Shown: positions 28,553 to 37,680, counted from the first letter of the stretch. The stretch is 64,000 bases of DNA from Promethearchaeota archaeon (GCA_048938025.1 JBHLMP010000009.1:8106-72105); one strand, 5' to 3'. The notes: a model not told the origin generated them from the sequence alone. Numbers and translations: made by a program.

Positions 28553-29017
28553 CTATAATTTTCTGAAACCCTTAATATCTGAAGGGTCACCTTTTGTTTT
28601 TTCTTCCCATACAGCTTTTACTTTCATTCCAGTTTTGATCTCTTCTGGGTTTATATCCAAAAGACGATAAACTATCCCTGTATTGCTACCATCAATTTGT
28701 ATCATCCCGATTATTTGAGGTTTTTTTACTTTTCGAGTAGTTCTATCATTCACCTTATAATATGTGACAGTGTAATTTAGCAAAATTCCTGTTTCAGGCA
28801 AATTAATCCAGTTTTGGTCCAAAGGAATTGTAATATTACATATTCCACAGATTTTTCTTGGAGGTACAAAAATTTTTCCACATTTCGGACATTTATTTCC
28901 AATGAATTTCTTGTTTTCAAGAGCATCATAGAATTTATCCATGTACTGACCAACCCAAAAATTAAATTCCGCTCTTATAAGTCCCTTATTAGCTACTATT
29001 ACCTTTTCTTCACTCAT
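28553..29017 (-). CDS. DUF35 Zn-ribbon/OB-fold protein
   Basis: Contains CPKCGKIFVPPRKICGIC followed by an OB-fold. It lies 18 nt upstream of the thiolase-like gene. Confidence 0.85.
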   Translation of the reverse strand: MSEEKVIVANKGLIRAEFNFWVGQYMDKFYDALENKKFIGNKCPKCGKIFVPPRKICGICNITIPLDQNWINLPETGILLNYTVTYYKVNDRTTRKVKKPQIIGMIQIDGSNTGIVYRLLDINPEEIKTGMKVKAVWEEKTKGDPSDIKGFRKL

Positions 29018-29231
29018 TTTAATTTCTACTCTTATGAATTTTAATATTATTAATAGTAGTAAATAGTTTTAAAATAATTTGAAAATGCTTTATCCAAAAG
29101 TGTCTGGTTTAAAAAAAGCAACTTAAGTAAATAGGTTCCTAAATATTTTATTTTATAATTTTTTTTTCTATTTAATTTAAATTTGAAATTATTAATAAGA
29201 AAAATAAGGAAAAAAAAATTTTAAAATAGGA

Positions 29232-29834
29232 TTAAAATGTAAAACCCTCTGGTAGTTCTGACTCGTGTGTACCTTTAACAACAAACATTAAATCCATAAT
29301 TGTATAGGTTGGATTCTTGGTTCGAAAGATTGGCACAACACTTTTTCCTATTTCTGGTTCTCCGACAACTAACACGCTCATAAGAATAGTGACTACTTCT
29401 TCGTCAAATTCAACGTTTATGAATTTGATTGGTTTTGGCAAGACATTAAAAGCTCCAGAACGATGAGTAATAATAAATGAGTGGATTTTTGCAGTTTTCT
29501 GAGCTTTTTCAGTAATATCTATAACGGTATTTTTTCTTAGGCAATCTGGGCAATAAATTCTAAAAGGCAAGTGAATTGATCCTTTAAATTCACATTGATC
29601 ATTATCACATCTTGTCGCCATTAGTTTTCCCTTTCCAAGAGATTCGAAAAAAATAGCCTCACCACCATAAGAGTGGATATACGTCATATCTCTTGGATTT
29701 GTAACTCCAGCCAATTTTCCAGTATCTTCGTTAAAAATGGGTTGATTTGCCTCTATAATATGAAATTTTCCTTTTGGTTTGTATCTTCTATTAATTATGG
29801 AAACAAAACCTTTTTCTTCTTCAGTTTTTGGCAT
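29232..29834 (-). CDS. DUF35 Zn-ribbon/OB-fold protein (long form)
   Basis: Start re-set to MPKTEEEKGF, preceded by GGAGG and 5 nt after the upstream stop. The zinc ribbon is CDNDQCEFKGSIHLPFRIYCPDC. The track N-terminus (29835-29960) overlaps the upstream gene. Confidence 0.75.
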   Translation of the reverse strand: MPKTEEEKGFVSIINRRYKPKGKFHIIEANQPIFNEDTGKLAGVTNPRDMTYIHSYGGEAIFFESLGKGKLMATRCDNDQCEFKGSIHLPFRIYCPDCLRKNTVIDITEKAQKTAKIHSFIITHRSGAFNVLPKPIKFINVEFDEEVVTILMSVLVVGEPEIGKSVVPIFRTKNPTYTIMDLMFVVKGTHESELPEGFTF

Positions 29835-29839
29835 CTTTT

Positions 29840-31261
29840 TTATTCCTCCTTTATTAAGTGATTTGGATGCATTAAAATCGTACAAGTCACATGTGATCCT
29901 ACTCCAGCGTGACTTATTGCTAAACCTCTTTTTGCACCTTTTACTTGAAGACTTGTCCAATCCTTTGGTTTTTCACGACCAAATTCTTTCCATTTTTCTT
30001 CAGGCTCATGAATTTCATCCCATCGATTCCAGAGATGATATCCTATTTCAGCAATTTGCATAAGACCAGTTGCTCCTACAGCATGCATACAACCGATTAA
30101 TCCACCACATAAATTGCTAGGTAATTTACCTGGTTTTTTAGTATTTGGGTTTGTATGATATGCATCACCTGTTTCGATATAATCACGTCCATCTCCATAC
30201 GAACGAATACCAATATCTTCATAAGTTTGAATATCACTAATTGTAAAGGCATCATGGAGTTCCACAACATCAAGATCGTCAGTTGGATCAATAATCCCCG
30301 TCATATTATATGCATAATAAGCTGCTATACGTGCAGCTAAAAAACTGCTAAAACCGGGATATCTATCACCCCCGGGAAATCTTTTACCTAAATTATCATA
30401 TTGTCCTGGCTTTTCATTTGGTAAAAGGGGTATTTTCATATTACGACGATCAGCCACTCTTAAAGTGTGGCTTCCTGCACCAATCCAAATCCGAAGTGGA
30501 TTATCTGTTATTTCATATGCTGTTTTTTCATCACAAACAATACCACATGCAGCTCCAACACTCATTAGACAACAATCTAACGCACGTAAGGGATAAGCAA
30601 TAACAGGAGAATTAATTACATCCTCAACCGTGATTTTCATAGGCCCATGTGCGTGAGGATTCATTCTGGCATAACCACGATTTTTAACTGCAATTTCAGC
30701 CATAGTTTTTCTAAAAGAATCTTCTGCTTTACCAAAAATTTGCCAATATCTTTGAGCCATTACAGCATAATAACCAGTATAAATATGACCCAATGGTGTT
30801 TCCCAATCTTTATCAGCAGCACAAGATATAAGGTGGTTTCCCTCGTCAGTTGGGACTTCATCCATTCTCTCCCACCCCATAGCTAGAGCGCAATCACTAT
30901 ATCCAGAAGCAACAGTTTTAATTGCTTCCCACATCGTTGAACCTCCTGTAGCTCCACCTGTTTTGACACCAATGGTTCCTAATGGATCTAAACCCAATCT
31001 ATCGTGAATAACTGCTTCTCCTAGTAATTGATCTCCAAAATGATCTGCAAAATGCCCATAATAAGCAGTATGTATGAAACTCTTCAGTTCAGCAGGTGTC
31101 ATTTTAACAAAATCTGCTGCAGCTGTTAATGCTTGGATGCATAATTCTTCAGTTCGCGTTTCTGGAAAAGCTCTGTCGAATTTTGACATACCAACTGTAG
31201 CTAAATAAACTGGTCGCATTAATTTCGGTATTTTTAATTGTTTATCACTAAATTTAATCAT
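29840..31261 (-). CDS. thiolase-fold protein (473 aa) apparently lacking the nucleophilic Cys
   Basis: Contains GVKTGGATGGSTMWEAIKTVASGYSDCALAMGWE, AVKNRGYARMNPHA, ELHDAFT and CGGLIGCMHAVGATG. Confidence 0.85.
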   Translation of the reverse strand: MIKFSDKQLKIPKLMRPVYLATVGMSKFDRAFPETRTEELCIQALTAAADFVKMTPAELKSFIHTAYYGHFADHFGDQLLGEAVIHDRLGLDPLGTIGVKTGGATGGSTMWEAIKTVASGYSDCALAMGWERMDEVPTDEGNHLISCAADKDWETPLGHIYTGYYAVMAQRYWQIFGKAEDSFRKTMAEIAVKNRGYARMNPHAHGPMKITVEDVINSPVIAYPLRALDCCLMSVGAACGIVCDEKTAYEITDNPLRIWIGAGSHTLRVADRRNMKIPLLPNEKPGQYDNLGKRFPGGDRYPGFSSFLAARIAAYYAYNMTGIIDPTDDLDVVELHDAFTISDIQTYEDIGIRSYGDGRDYIETGDAYHTNPNTKKPGKLPSNLCGGLIGCMHAVGATGLMQIAEIGYHLWNRWDEIHEPEEKWKEFGREKPKDWTSLQVKGAKRGLAISHAGVGSHVTCTILMHPNHLIKEE

Positions 31262-31430
31262 ATTGATTACACTTTTTAGAGCTTCACGCCTTTTTATTTT
31301 TAGTATTTAGTTTTCAAATATATTTGATAATTTATTGTTATGTTTTATTTTGATTAATAACTTACTATTGAAACTAATAAATTTAGATGGGAAATAAATC
31401 CTACTCAATTTAAAAAAAATTTAAAATCTT

Positions 31431-32738
31431 ATGAAGATTGTCTTATTTATTATGGATAAAAGAGTCCCAGAATTACCAAAACTTGAAATTAGCGGATATA
31501 TTGCTGAATTAGACTTATTAAATAACCCAATATTTACAGTTAAAGAGAAAGAATTTATATCTGAATTTTATGACTTTATGGAAGAAAATCTTGAAAGAGA
31601 TCTGAAGACCTTAGAAGAACTAAATTATTTGGCAGAAGAACCGATACAAGAGAAGAAACGGGAAATTGTTGTTAATTTAATAAAAAAATTAGCAGAAAAA
31701 GGTTATTACAGTACGGTTATTGATTCAGAAGATTATGACCTTGGTAAAGTAACTCGAAATGCTCTTATAGCATTAGCCCTAAGCGGAGGTTTTTGGTCAA
31801 CAAATAGTGATAGGTATATTAATGGTAATTGGAGTGTTGAGATGGGTAGATTAGCAGGAGGAACTCTTTACTGCAATCCAGTAAATTATAAAGCAAATGA
31901 CTATCAGAGAAGAGAATTTTTAAATCCTGTTGTTAAATATGGCGCAATGGCAGCTTCAGCTATGACAGAATTTAATGCCGGTAGTGATATTATTAGAATT
32001 GAACTAAGACTAGATGAAAAAGATAATGAAGTAATTGCAAATGGCAAGAAACTCTTTATAGTAAACGGAATGTTAGCAGATTATATTATGTTATATGGTA
32101 GATTAAATAATGGAAAATTAGGAGCAATTATTGTAGATACGGAAAATCAACAACTGAAAAATTTTGAATCATCACGGGTAATTATGTATGGTATGAGAGA
32201 CGCCTTTGTCAGTCGCTTAGTATTTGATGATGTAAGACTCCCTAAAGAAAATCTTCTTGAAGGGGATGGTTTAGATATTATGTTTCATCAATTAACTGAA
32301 GAACGACTGGTAATTAGTTCAGAAGCTTTGGGAGATAGCATAAAAAAATTATTCTATTCTCATAGTTTTGCACTTCAACGTGAACAATTTCAACGAAAAC
32401 TATATCAATATCAAATAATTCGATTTCCAATTACTAAGAATATGCGTGAAGTGAATCTATATCTTTCAGCATTGTTGAATTATACTCGAGAAATTGATAA
32501 CAAACCACAATTAGGAAGTTCAAAAATAATGGCTTCTCAGGCAATGGGTTTGAAAATTGAAACTTGTGAATTGGCTTTTCAAAGCTCAATTGATTTATTT
32601 AGAACTATGGGTGGTCGTGGATTTACAGAACAATACTGTAATCAAATTGGGCTTCTTGATGCTTATTGTATGATACATGGCGGAGGTAGTCATTATATTT
32701 TAGGAGATTCAGAATCTCGAAAGTTTTTTAAGCGGTAA
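31431..32738 (+). CDS. acyl-CoA dehydrogenase-family flavoprotein (divergent, N-terminally extended)
   Basis: Contains AMTEFNAGSDI (FAD/acyl-CoA loop, cf. TEPxAGSD), LTEERLVISSEALG (helix G) and a C-terminal GGRGF...IHGGGSHYILGD. An alternative start lies at ATG 31452. Confidence 0.7.
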   Translation: MKIVLFIMDKRVPELPKLEISGYIAELDLLNNPIFTVKEKEFISEFYDFMEENLERDLKTLEELNYLAEEPIQEKKREIVVNLIKKLAEKGYYSTVIDSEDYDLGKVTRNALIALALSGGFWSTNSDRYINGNWSVEMGRLAGGTLYCNPVNYKANDYQRREFLNPVVKYGAMAASAMTEFNAGSDIIRIELRLDEKDNEVIANGKKLFIVNGMLADYIMLYGRLNNGKLGAIIVDTENQQLKNFESSRVIMYGMRDAFVSRLVFDDVRLPKENLLEGDGLDIMFHQLTEERLVISSEALGDSIKKLFYSHSFALQREQFQRKLYQYQIIRFPITKNMREVNLYLSALLNYTREIDNKPQLGSSKIMASQAMGLKIETCELAFQSSIDLFRTMGGRGFTEQYCNQIGLLDAYCMIHGGGSHYILGDSESRKFFKR

Positions 32739-32842
32739 CAATCTAAAAAGAATTTAACTTTTGATTATTAAATTTATTCAATTATATAATAAACTTTCAG
32801 AGAATGCATTATTAAATAAAGTGTCTTATTTTAGAATAGGTA

Positions 32843-33814
32843 ATGGATAACTATAATTTCGCAAGTTTCAATATTTCTCCATTATTAGAACAATATGTAG
32901 GTAAAAACTTAAAGGAAATTTTTGACAATTCTCAAGTTATAACAAATGAGATGGGTAAATTCATAGAAATAATTTGGGAAGAAAAAGATTTCCCCTGTGA
33001 TTTAGGTTTATTAACAGCTAAGAAAAAAGTTATCCAAAATCTTAAAACTGTGCATAATATTGGAGATAAAATTGAGAAGAAATTAAAACGAAGGGGAGTT
33101 CAAACTCTTAATGACCTAAAAATTAATTTAAGATATCAAAATTCAGCAAACCAGATCTTGAAATTAATTAGAAATAAGGATTATAAAAATCTTAAAAAAA
33201 ATCGATATATAGACGATTTAGACTTGAGTTTTTGCTTTAAAATTGAAGATTTTCTCTTTTTAGATATTGAAACTTTAGGTTTATATGATAGTCCAATGGT
33301 TATAGTTGGTTTGGGATATTATAATAATAGTAAATTTGAAATTCATATTCTTTTTGCACGGGATTTGGAGGAAGAAATTGCTATATGTAACCATCTAAGA
33401 AATGAGATCTTATCGAATTTTAAATGTTTTGTTACTTATAATGGGAAGACTTTTGATATTCCCTATATCGCAAATCGCTTTTTATATTATTTTGATGAAA
33501 ATCCCATGATTTCGGAAAATGAAGAACCATATGAGATTAATAATACTAAATATCATCATATAGATTTATATCACAATTGTCGTCGGAGGTTAAAAGGTAA
33601 ATTCAATAACTATACTCTTACAAACATGGAAAAGAATTTATTAAATTGGAGAAGGGAAAATGAATTACCTAGCAGTCTAGTAGGGATATGCTATAAAAAA
33701 TATCAGAAAGATCCAAGTCGATATATAGGGTTAATAAAAGAAATAATTGAACACAATTACTACGATATCTACTCAATGCCACTAATTCTCAAAAAACTAT
33801 TATACAAAGAATGA
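32843..33814 (+). CDS. YprB-like RNase H-fold (DEDDh-type) exonuclease with N-terminal HhH-like segment
   Basis: Contains FLDIETLGL, TYNGKTFDIPYI, HIDLYH and HNYYDIYSM (D,E,D,H,D acidic set). An upstream IGDKIEKKLKRRGVQTLNDL resembles helix-hairpin-helix. Confidence 0.65.
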   Translation: MDNYNFASFNISPLLEQYVGKNLKEIFDNSQVITNEMGKFIEIIWEEKDFPCDLGLLTAKKKVIQNLKTVHNIGDKIEKKLKRRGVQTLNDLKINLRYQNSANQILKLIRNKDYKNLKKNRYIDDLDLSFCFKIEDFLFLDIETLGLYDSPMVIVGLGYYNNSKFEIHILFARDLEEEIAICNHLRNEILSNFKCFVTYNGKTFDIPYIANRFLYYFDENPMISENEEPYEINNTKYHHIDLYHNCRRRLKGKFNNYTLTNMEKNLLNWRRENELPSSLVGICYKKYQKDPSRYIGLIKEIIEHNYYDIYSMPLILKKLLYKE

Positions 33815-33903
33815 ATATTAATTAAGATAAGCTCTTAAGATCAAACTATTAAGTATATTATTAATTAATTAATTTTAAATTAATTTCACTAATTTTTGAA
33901 AAA

Positions 33904-35586
33904 ATGACTAAATTAGAAGATAAAATATTTGATCTTAGATGGAGTTATAAGAATAGAGATAATATAATAAAGAGATTAAAAGAAAAAAAATACGATGTTA
34001 TTGTCATAGGAGCAGGCATTACAGGGGCAGGGGTTGCAAGGGAAGCTGCAATGAGAGAATTAAAAGTTGCGTGCGTAGATATGCAGGATTTTGCTGCTGG
34101 AACCTCATCAAGGAGTTCAAAATTAGCACATGGTGGAATAAGATATCTGGGTCATGGAGACATGGATTTAGTAAAAGAATCCGCAACCGAGAGAAATTGG
34201 ATGTTAGCACATTTACCACATTTAGTAAGACCAATTCCTTTCCTTTTTGTTGAATTAGAAGGAGGGAAATATAAAAAACGGGACATTGTAGGTGCTTGTA
34301 GAATTTATGATTTTTTAAGTGATAATGGATCAGAATTTAAAACATACAAAAAACATAAATGGTACAAACCAGAAGAGATCTTTGAAATGGAACCTGAATT
34401 TATAAGAGAAGGTAATAAAGGTGGAGCAGTATATTATGATAATAATGTAGATGACGCTAGATTAACAATCGAGGTCCTTAAGGAAGCTGTTGTGAGGGGA
34501 GCGGATATAATTAACTATTGCAAAGTTACCGGATACATGAAAGATAATGGAAAAATATCTGGTGTTAAATGTAAAGATCTGGAAAATAATGATGAATTTG
34601 AAATAAAAGGAACATTAATAGTGAACGCAACCGGAGTATGGACAGATGAATTGTTAGAAAATTACCCCGATGAAATCCCAAAACCATTAATTAGACCAAC
34701 TAAAGGAGTTCATTTACAATTTAAGCGTGAACATGTTAAAAATAATATGGCTACTATTATCCGATCAATTACTGATGATAGGGCATTTTTTGTATTACCA
34801 CGTAATAAGAATTTTACTATTATAGGTACTACCGATACAGATTATAAAGGCAATTTAGCAGATCCTTTTTGTAATAAAGATGATGCTGATTATTTAATCA
34901 TTTCAGTTAAGCATTATTTTCCAAATGCAGAATTAGATTATAATAATATCATTTCTACGTATGCTGGAATAAGACCTTTAGTTATGCAAAAAGGAAAATC
35001 TGAAAGTGAAGTTTCCCGAAAGCATATAATATTTTTCTCTGATGACGGATTATTGACTATAACTGGAGGAAAGTTAACAGCATGGCGAAGTATGGCTGAA
35101 GATTTATTTAAGAGAGTTGAAGAAAAAGATATTTTTCCTAATATAAAAAGAGAAGAGGGTTTTTCTAAACAAAAGTTTTTAGTTAGTATTGATAAAGAAA
35201 GTTGGCTTAAAGATTTAAAAAATTCAGGTAAAAAATTAGATGATGGCATTAGTGACCATTTGTATCACCAATATGGTAGAGGAGCCTTAAAAATTCTTGA
35301 ATTGATAAAAGAAGAGAAATCTCTTTATGATAGAATTATAGATGAAAATGATTTTATTAAAGCAGAGATTATCTACTGCCTTAGATTTGAATTAACTCCA
35401 CATTTAATTGATGTTTTTTGCAGAAGAACTGAAATGTCTCTCTGGATTAGTCATAAAAAAGCTTTTGAAGCTGCTAAAAAAGTTGCTGACCTTATGGCAA
35501 AAGAATATAATTGGAATGAAGAAAAAATAACTCAAGAAATCAATACTTACGTGGATTATGTTAGAAAAACAGTTTCTTTTATCTAA
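33904..35586 (+). CDS. glpD: FAD-dependent sn-glycerol-3-phosphate dehydrogenase (GlpD type)
   Basis: Contains YDVIVIGAGITGAGVAREAAMRELKVACVDMQDFAAGTSSRSSKLAHGGIRYL, PTKGVHL and AGIRP, plus a helical C-terminal domain (YGRGA...AEIIYCLRFELTPHLIDVFCRRT). Confidence 0.88.
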   Translation: MTKLEDKIFDLRWSYKNRDNIIKRLKEKKYDVIVIGAGITGAGVAREAAMRELKVACVDMQDFAAGTSSRSSKLAHGGIRYLGHGDMDLVKESATERNWMLAHLPHLVRPIPFLFVELEGGKYKKRDIVGACRIYDFLSDNGSEFKTYKKHKWYKPEEIFEMEPEFIREGNKGGAVYYDNNVDDARLTIEVLKEAVVRGADIINYCKVTGYMKDNGKISGVKCKDLENNDEFEIKGTLIVNATGVWTDELLENYPDEIPKPLIRPTKGVHLQFKREHVKNNMATIIRSITDDRAFFVLPRNKNFTIIGTTDTDYKGNLADPFCNKDDADYLIISVKHYFPNAELDYNNIISTYAGIRPLVMQKGKSESEVSRKHIIFFSDDGLLTITGGKLTAWRSMAEDLFKRVEEKDIFPNIKREEGFSKQKFLVSIDKESWLKDLKNSGKKLDDGISDHLYHQYGRGALKILELIKEEKSLYDRIIDENDFIKAEIIYCLRFELTPHLIDVFCRRTEMSLWISHKKAFEAAKKVADLMAKEYNWNEEKITQEINTYVDYVRKTVSFI

Positions 35587-35698
35587 TAATTTACTTTCTT
35601 TTTTATTTTGAAATATTGGACTATATATTTTTAATAAATTATTGTTTATATATTCATTATAATAATTTATCCAAAATTAAATTAAAGTGTGAAATAAA

Positions 35699-36370
35699 TT
35701 GATTTTTAATTGGGATTTTACGGATGATTTTTTGAAACCCCTTGCAGAGTTTGGGGGTTTATTTATGCTAATTCTGGGGATAATTTGGGCAATTTACGTT
35801 GCATATGAAACCAAAAGAAGAGGATCATTTAAGACAAGAAAGTCAGAGGACTGGGAATTTAAAATAACTAAGTTCCTCAAAGGATTAACCTATTTGGGCT
35901 TTCTTGTTGGCTTATTTGCCATTTTAACAGGAGCTGCAGAATTGATGTTTGATAGACCACCAACTAATAGATACGAAGATGTAACCGAAAATGCAGTTAA
36001 TATTTTTACAGCATTAATGTTAATCATTTTAGGAATTTTGACATTTGTGAAACCTGGAAATGATCTTCCGCTTGCTAGTTTATTTGGTCTTGTTGCTGCT
36101 TCAGCTGTTATAATAATTATTACACTTGTACTTCCACCTGAAGTTGAACAAGTTATTGGCGCTTTTATAAACTTTCGATTGTTTCTATTCATTGTTTTCA
36201 TAATTATATTTGCATTAATCGCTCTTATCATAAAATTTTATACATCCGGATTTATGGCTGTTTCAAAAGCACTCTCATGGCCTCCTCTCGCTGTAATTGT
36301 TGCTGCTTTCTGCTTTTTACAAGCATTTCTATTGTTAGTTTTCGGAGTTTCAATTTCAGGAGTATTTTAA
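35699..36370 (+). CDS. multi-pass membrane protein, unknown function
   Basis: About 5-6 hydrophobic helices, TTG start. The antisense ORF 35890..36231 is judged a shadow. Confidence 0.6.
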   Translation: MIFNWDFTDDFLKPLAEFGGLFMLILGIIWAIYVAYETKRRGSFKTRKSEDWEFKITKFLKGLTYLGFLVGLFAILTGAAELMFDRPPTNRYEDVTENAVNIFTALMLIILGILTFVKPGNDLPLASLFGLVAASAVIIIITLVLPPEVEQVIGAFINFRLFLFIVFIIIFALIALIIKFYTSGFMAVSKALSWPPLAVIVAAFCFLQAFLLLVFGVSISGVF

Positions 36371-36445
36371 TTCTAATTTAATTTTTTTATTTTTATTTTT
36401 AAAGTAATTAAGTAACTCTACAATTTTCACTAACAGCATATAGTT

Positions 36446-37567
36446 TCAAAAAAAGGAAAACCTATGAGATGGTTTTTTATTTATTTCTCCAATTATATCA
36501 TTAAGTAAGTTATATCCACAATTTGGGCATGTATTATTATCATTAACATTGATTTTTGTAAACATATATCCAGAACGACCTAACAACAAATGTTCACAAT
36601 TAGGACAATAAGTATTACTCCCTTCATCATGTCTTATATTTCCAACGTAAGGAAAGAATACTCCCATATCTTTTGCAATATTATAAGCTTTATCTAATGT
36701 TTCATATGGAGTTCTTTTATTGGAAGGCATTTTAAAATCTGGATGATAAGCTGAAAAATGTATAGGTGTATTTTTACCTAAATTCTCAACTATCCATTCG
36801 CATAATTTTTTAATATCTTCTCTACTATCATTTAATTCGGGTATTATTAAGTTAGTAATTTCTACATGAATACCATTTTCTTTGAATCGTTTAGCAGTAT
36901 CCAAAACAGGTTGCACTGATGTTACTCCACATATTTTCTTATAAAAATCGTTTGACATAGCTTTTATATCAATATTTGCTGCATCAATTCCTACTTCAAT
37001 TAATTCTTTTGAGGCTTCTGGAGTTGAATATCCATTAGTTACCAATATTGTTTTTATATCATGTTTTTTAAGTAATGGAACAGTATCCATAATCCATTCA
37101 TGCCATATTAGTGGTTCATTATAAGTGTAAGCTAGAGTTTTTGCTCCACTTTTTACAACTCGTTTTTCAAGTTGTTCAGGTGTCACTTCAATTAAAGACA
37201 TTCCTTGCCCTTTATAATCTTCTAAATCGAAGAATCCATTTTTTCCATTATCTGTTGGGCTTGCTTGTGAAATAGACCAGTTCTGGCAATTCTGACATTT
37301 AAATGAACATCCTATTGATGCAATCGAGTATGCTGTTGCGCCGGGCCAGAAATTGTAAAGTGGTTTTTTTTCAATAGGATCTAAACTTCCAGAAGAGATC
37401 ATTGAACCATAAATTAAAGTATATAATTCTCCATCAAAATTTTTTCGAGTCCTACAAATCCCAATCTTCTCTGGCATTATTAAGCATTTATTTGCACATA
37501 CATGACATTTAACTTTCTTATCATCAAGAGATTCATATAATCTTGCTTTTACTTTCAAATAACTCAC
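36446..37567 (-). CDS. AmmeMemoRadiSam-system-type radical SAM enzyme (PflA-like activase family)
   Basis: Contains an N-terminal Cys cluster KCHVCANKCLI...GICRTR, the radical SAM CSFKCQNCQNW (CxxxCxxC) and a C-terminal zinc ribbon CPNCEH...CPNCGY. GTG start. Confidence 0.8.
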   Translation of the reverse strand: MSYLKVKARLYESLDDKKVKCHVCANKCLIMPEKIGICRTRKNFDGELYTLIYGSMISSGSLDPIEKKPLYNFWPGATAYSIASIGCSFKCQNCQNWSISQASPTDNGKNGFFDLEDYKGQGMSLIEVTPEQLEKRVVKSGAKTLAYTYNEPLIWHEWIMDTVPLLKKHDIKTILVTNGYSTPEASKELIEVGIDAANIDIKAMSNDFYKKICGVTSVQPVLDTAKRFKENGIHVEITNLIIPELNDSREDIKKLCEWIVENLGKNTPIHFSAYHPDFKMPSNKRTPYETLDKAYNIAKDMGVFFPYVGNIRHDEGSNTYCPNCEHLLLGRSGYMFTKINVNDNNTCPNCGYNLLNDIIGEINKKPSHRFSFF

Positions 37568-37680
37568 TTTTTTTCGTTAATTATTAGCATAATGTATCTC
37601 TAAATATATAATAGATAAGAAATTTTATATTTCTTATAGATTTAGATTAGATTTTTCGGACTAAAAAGTAGGTAGTCAAA

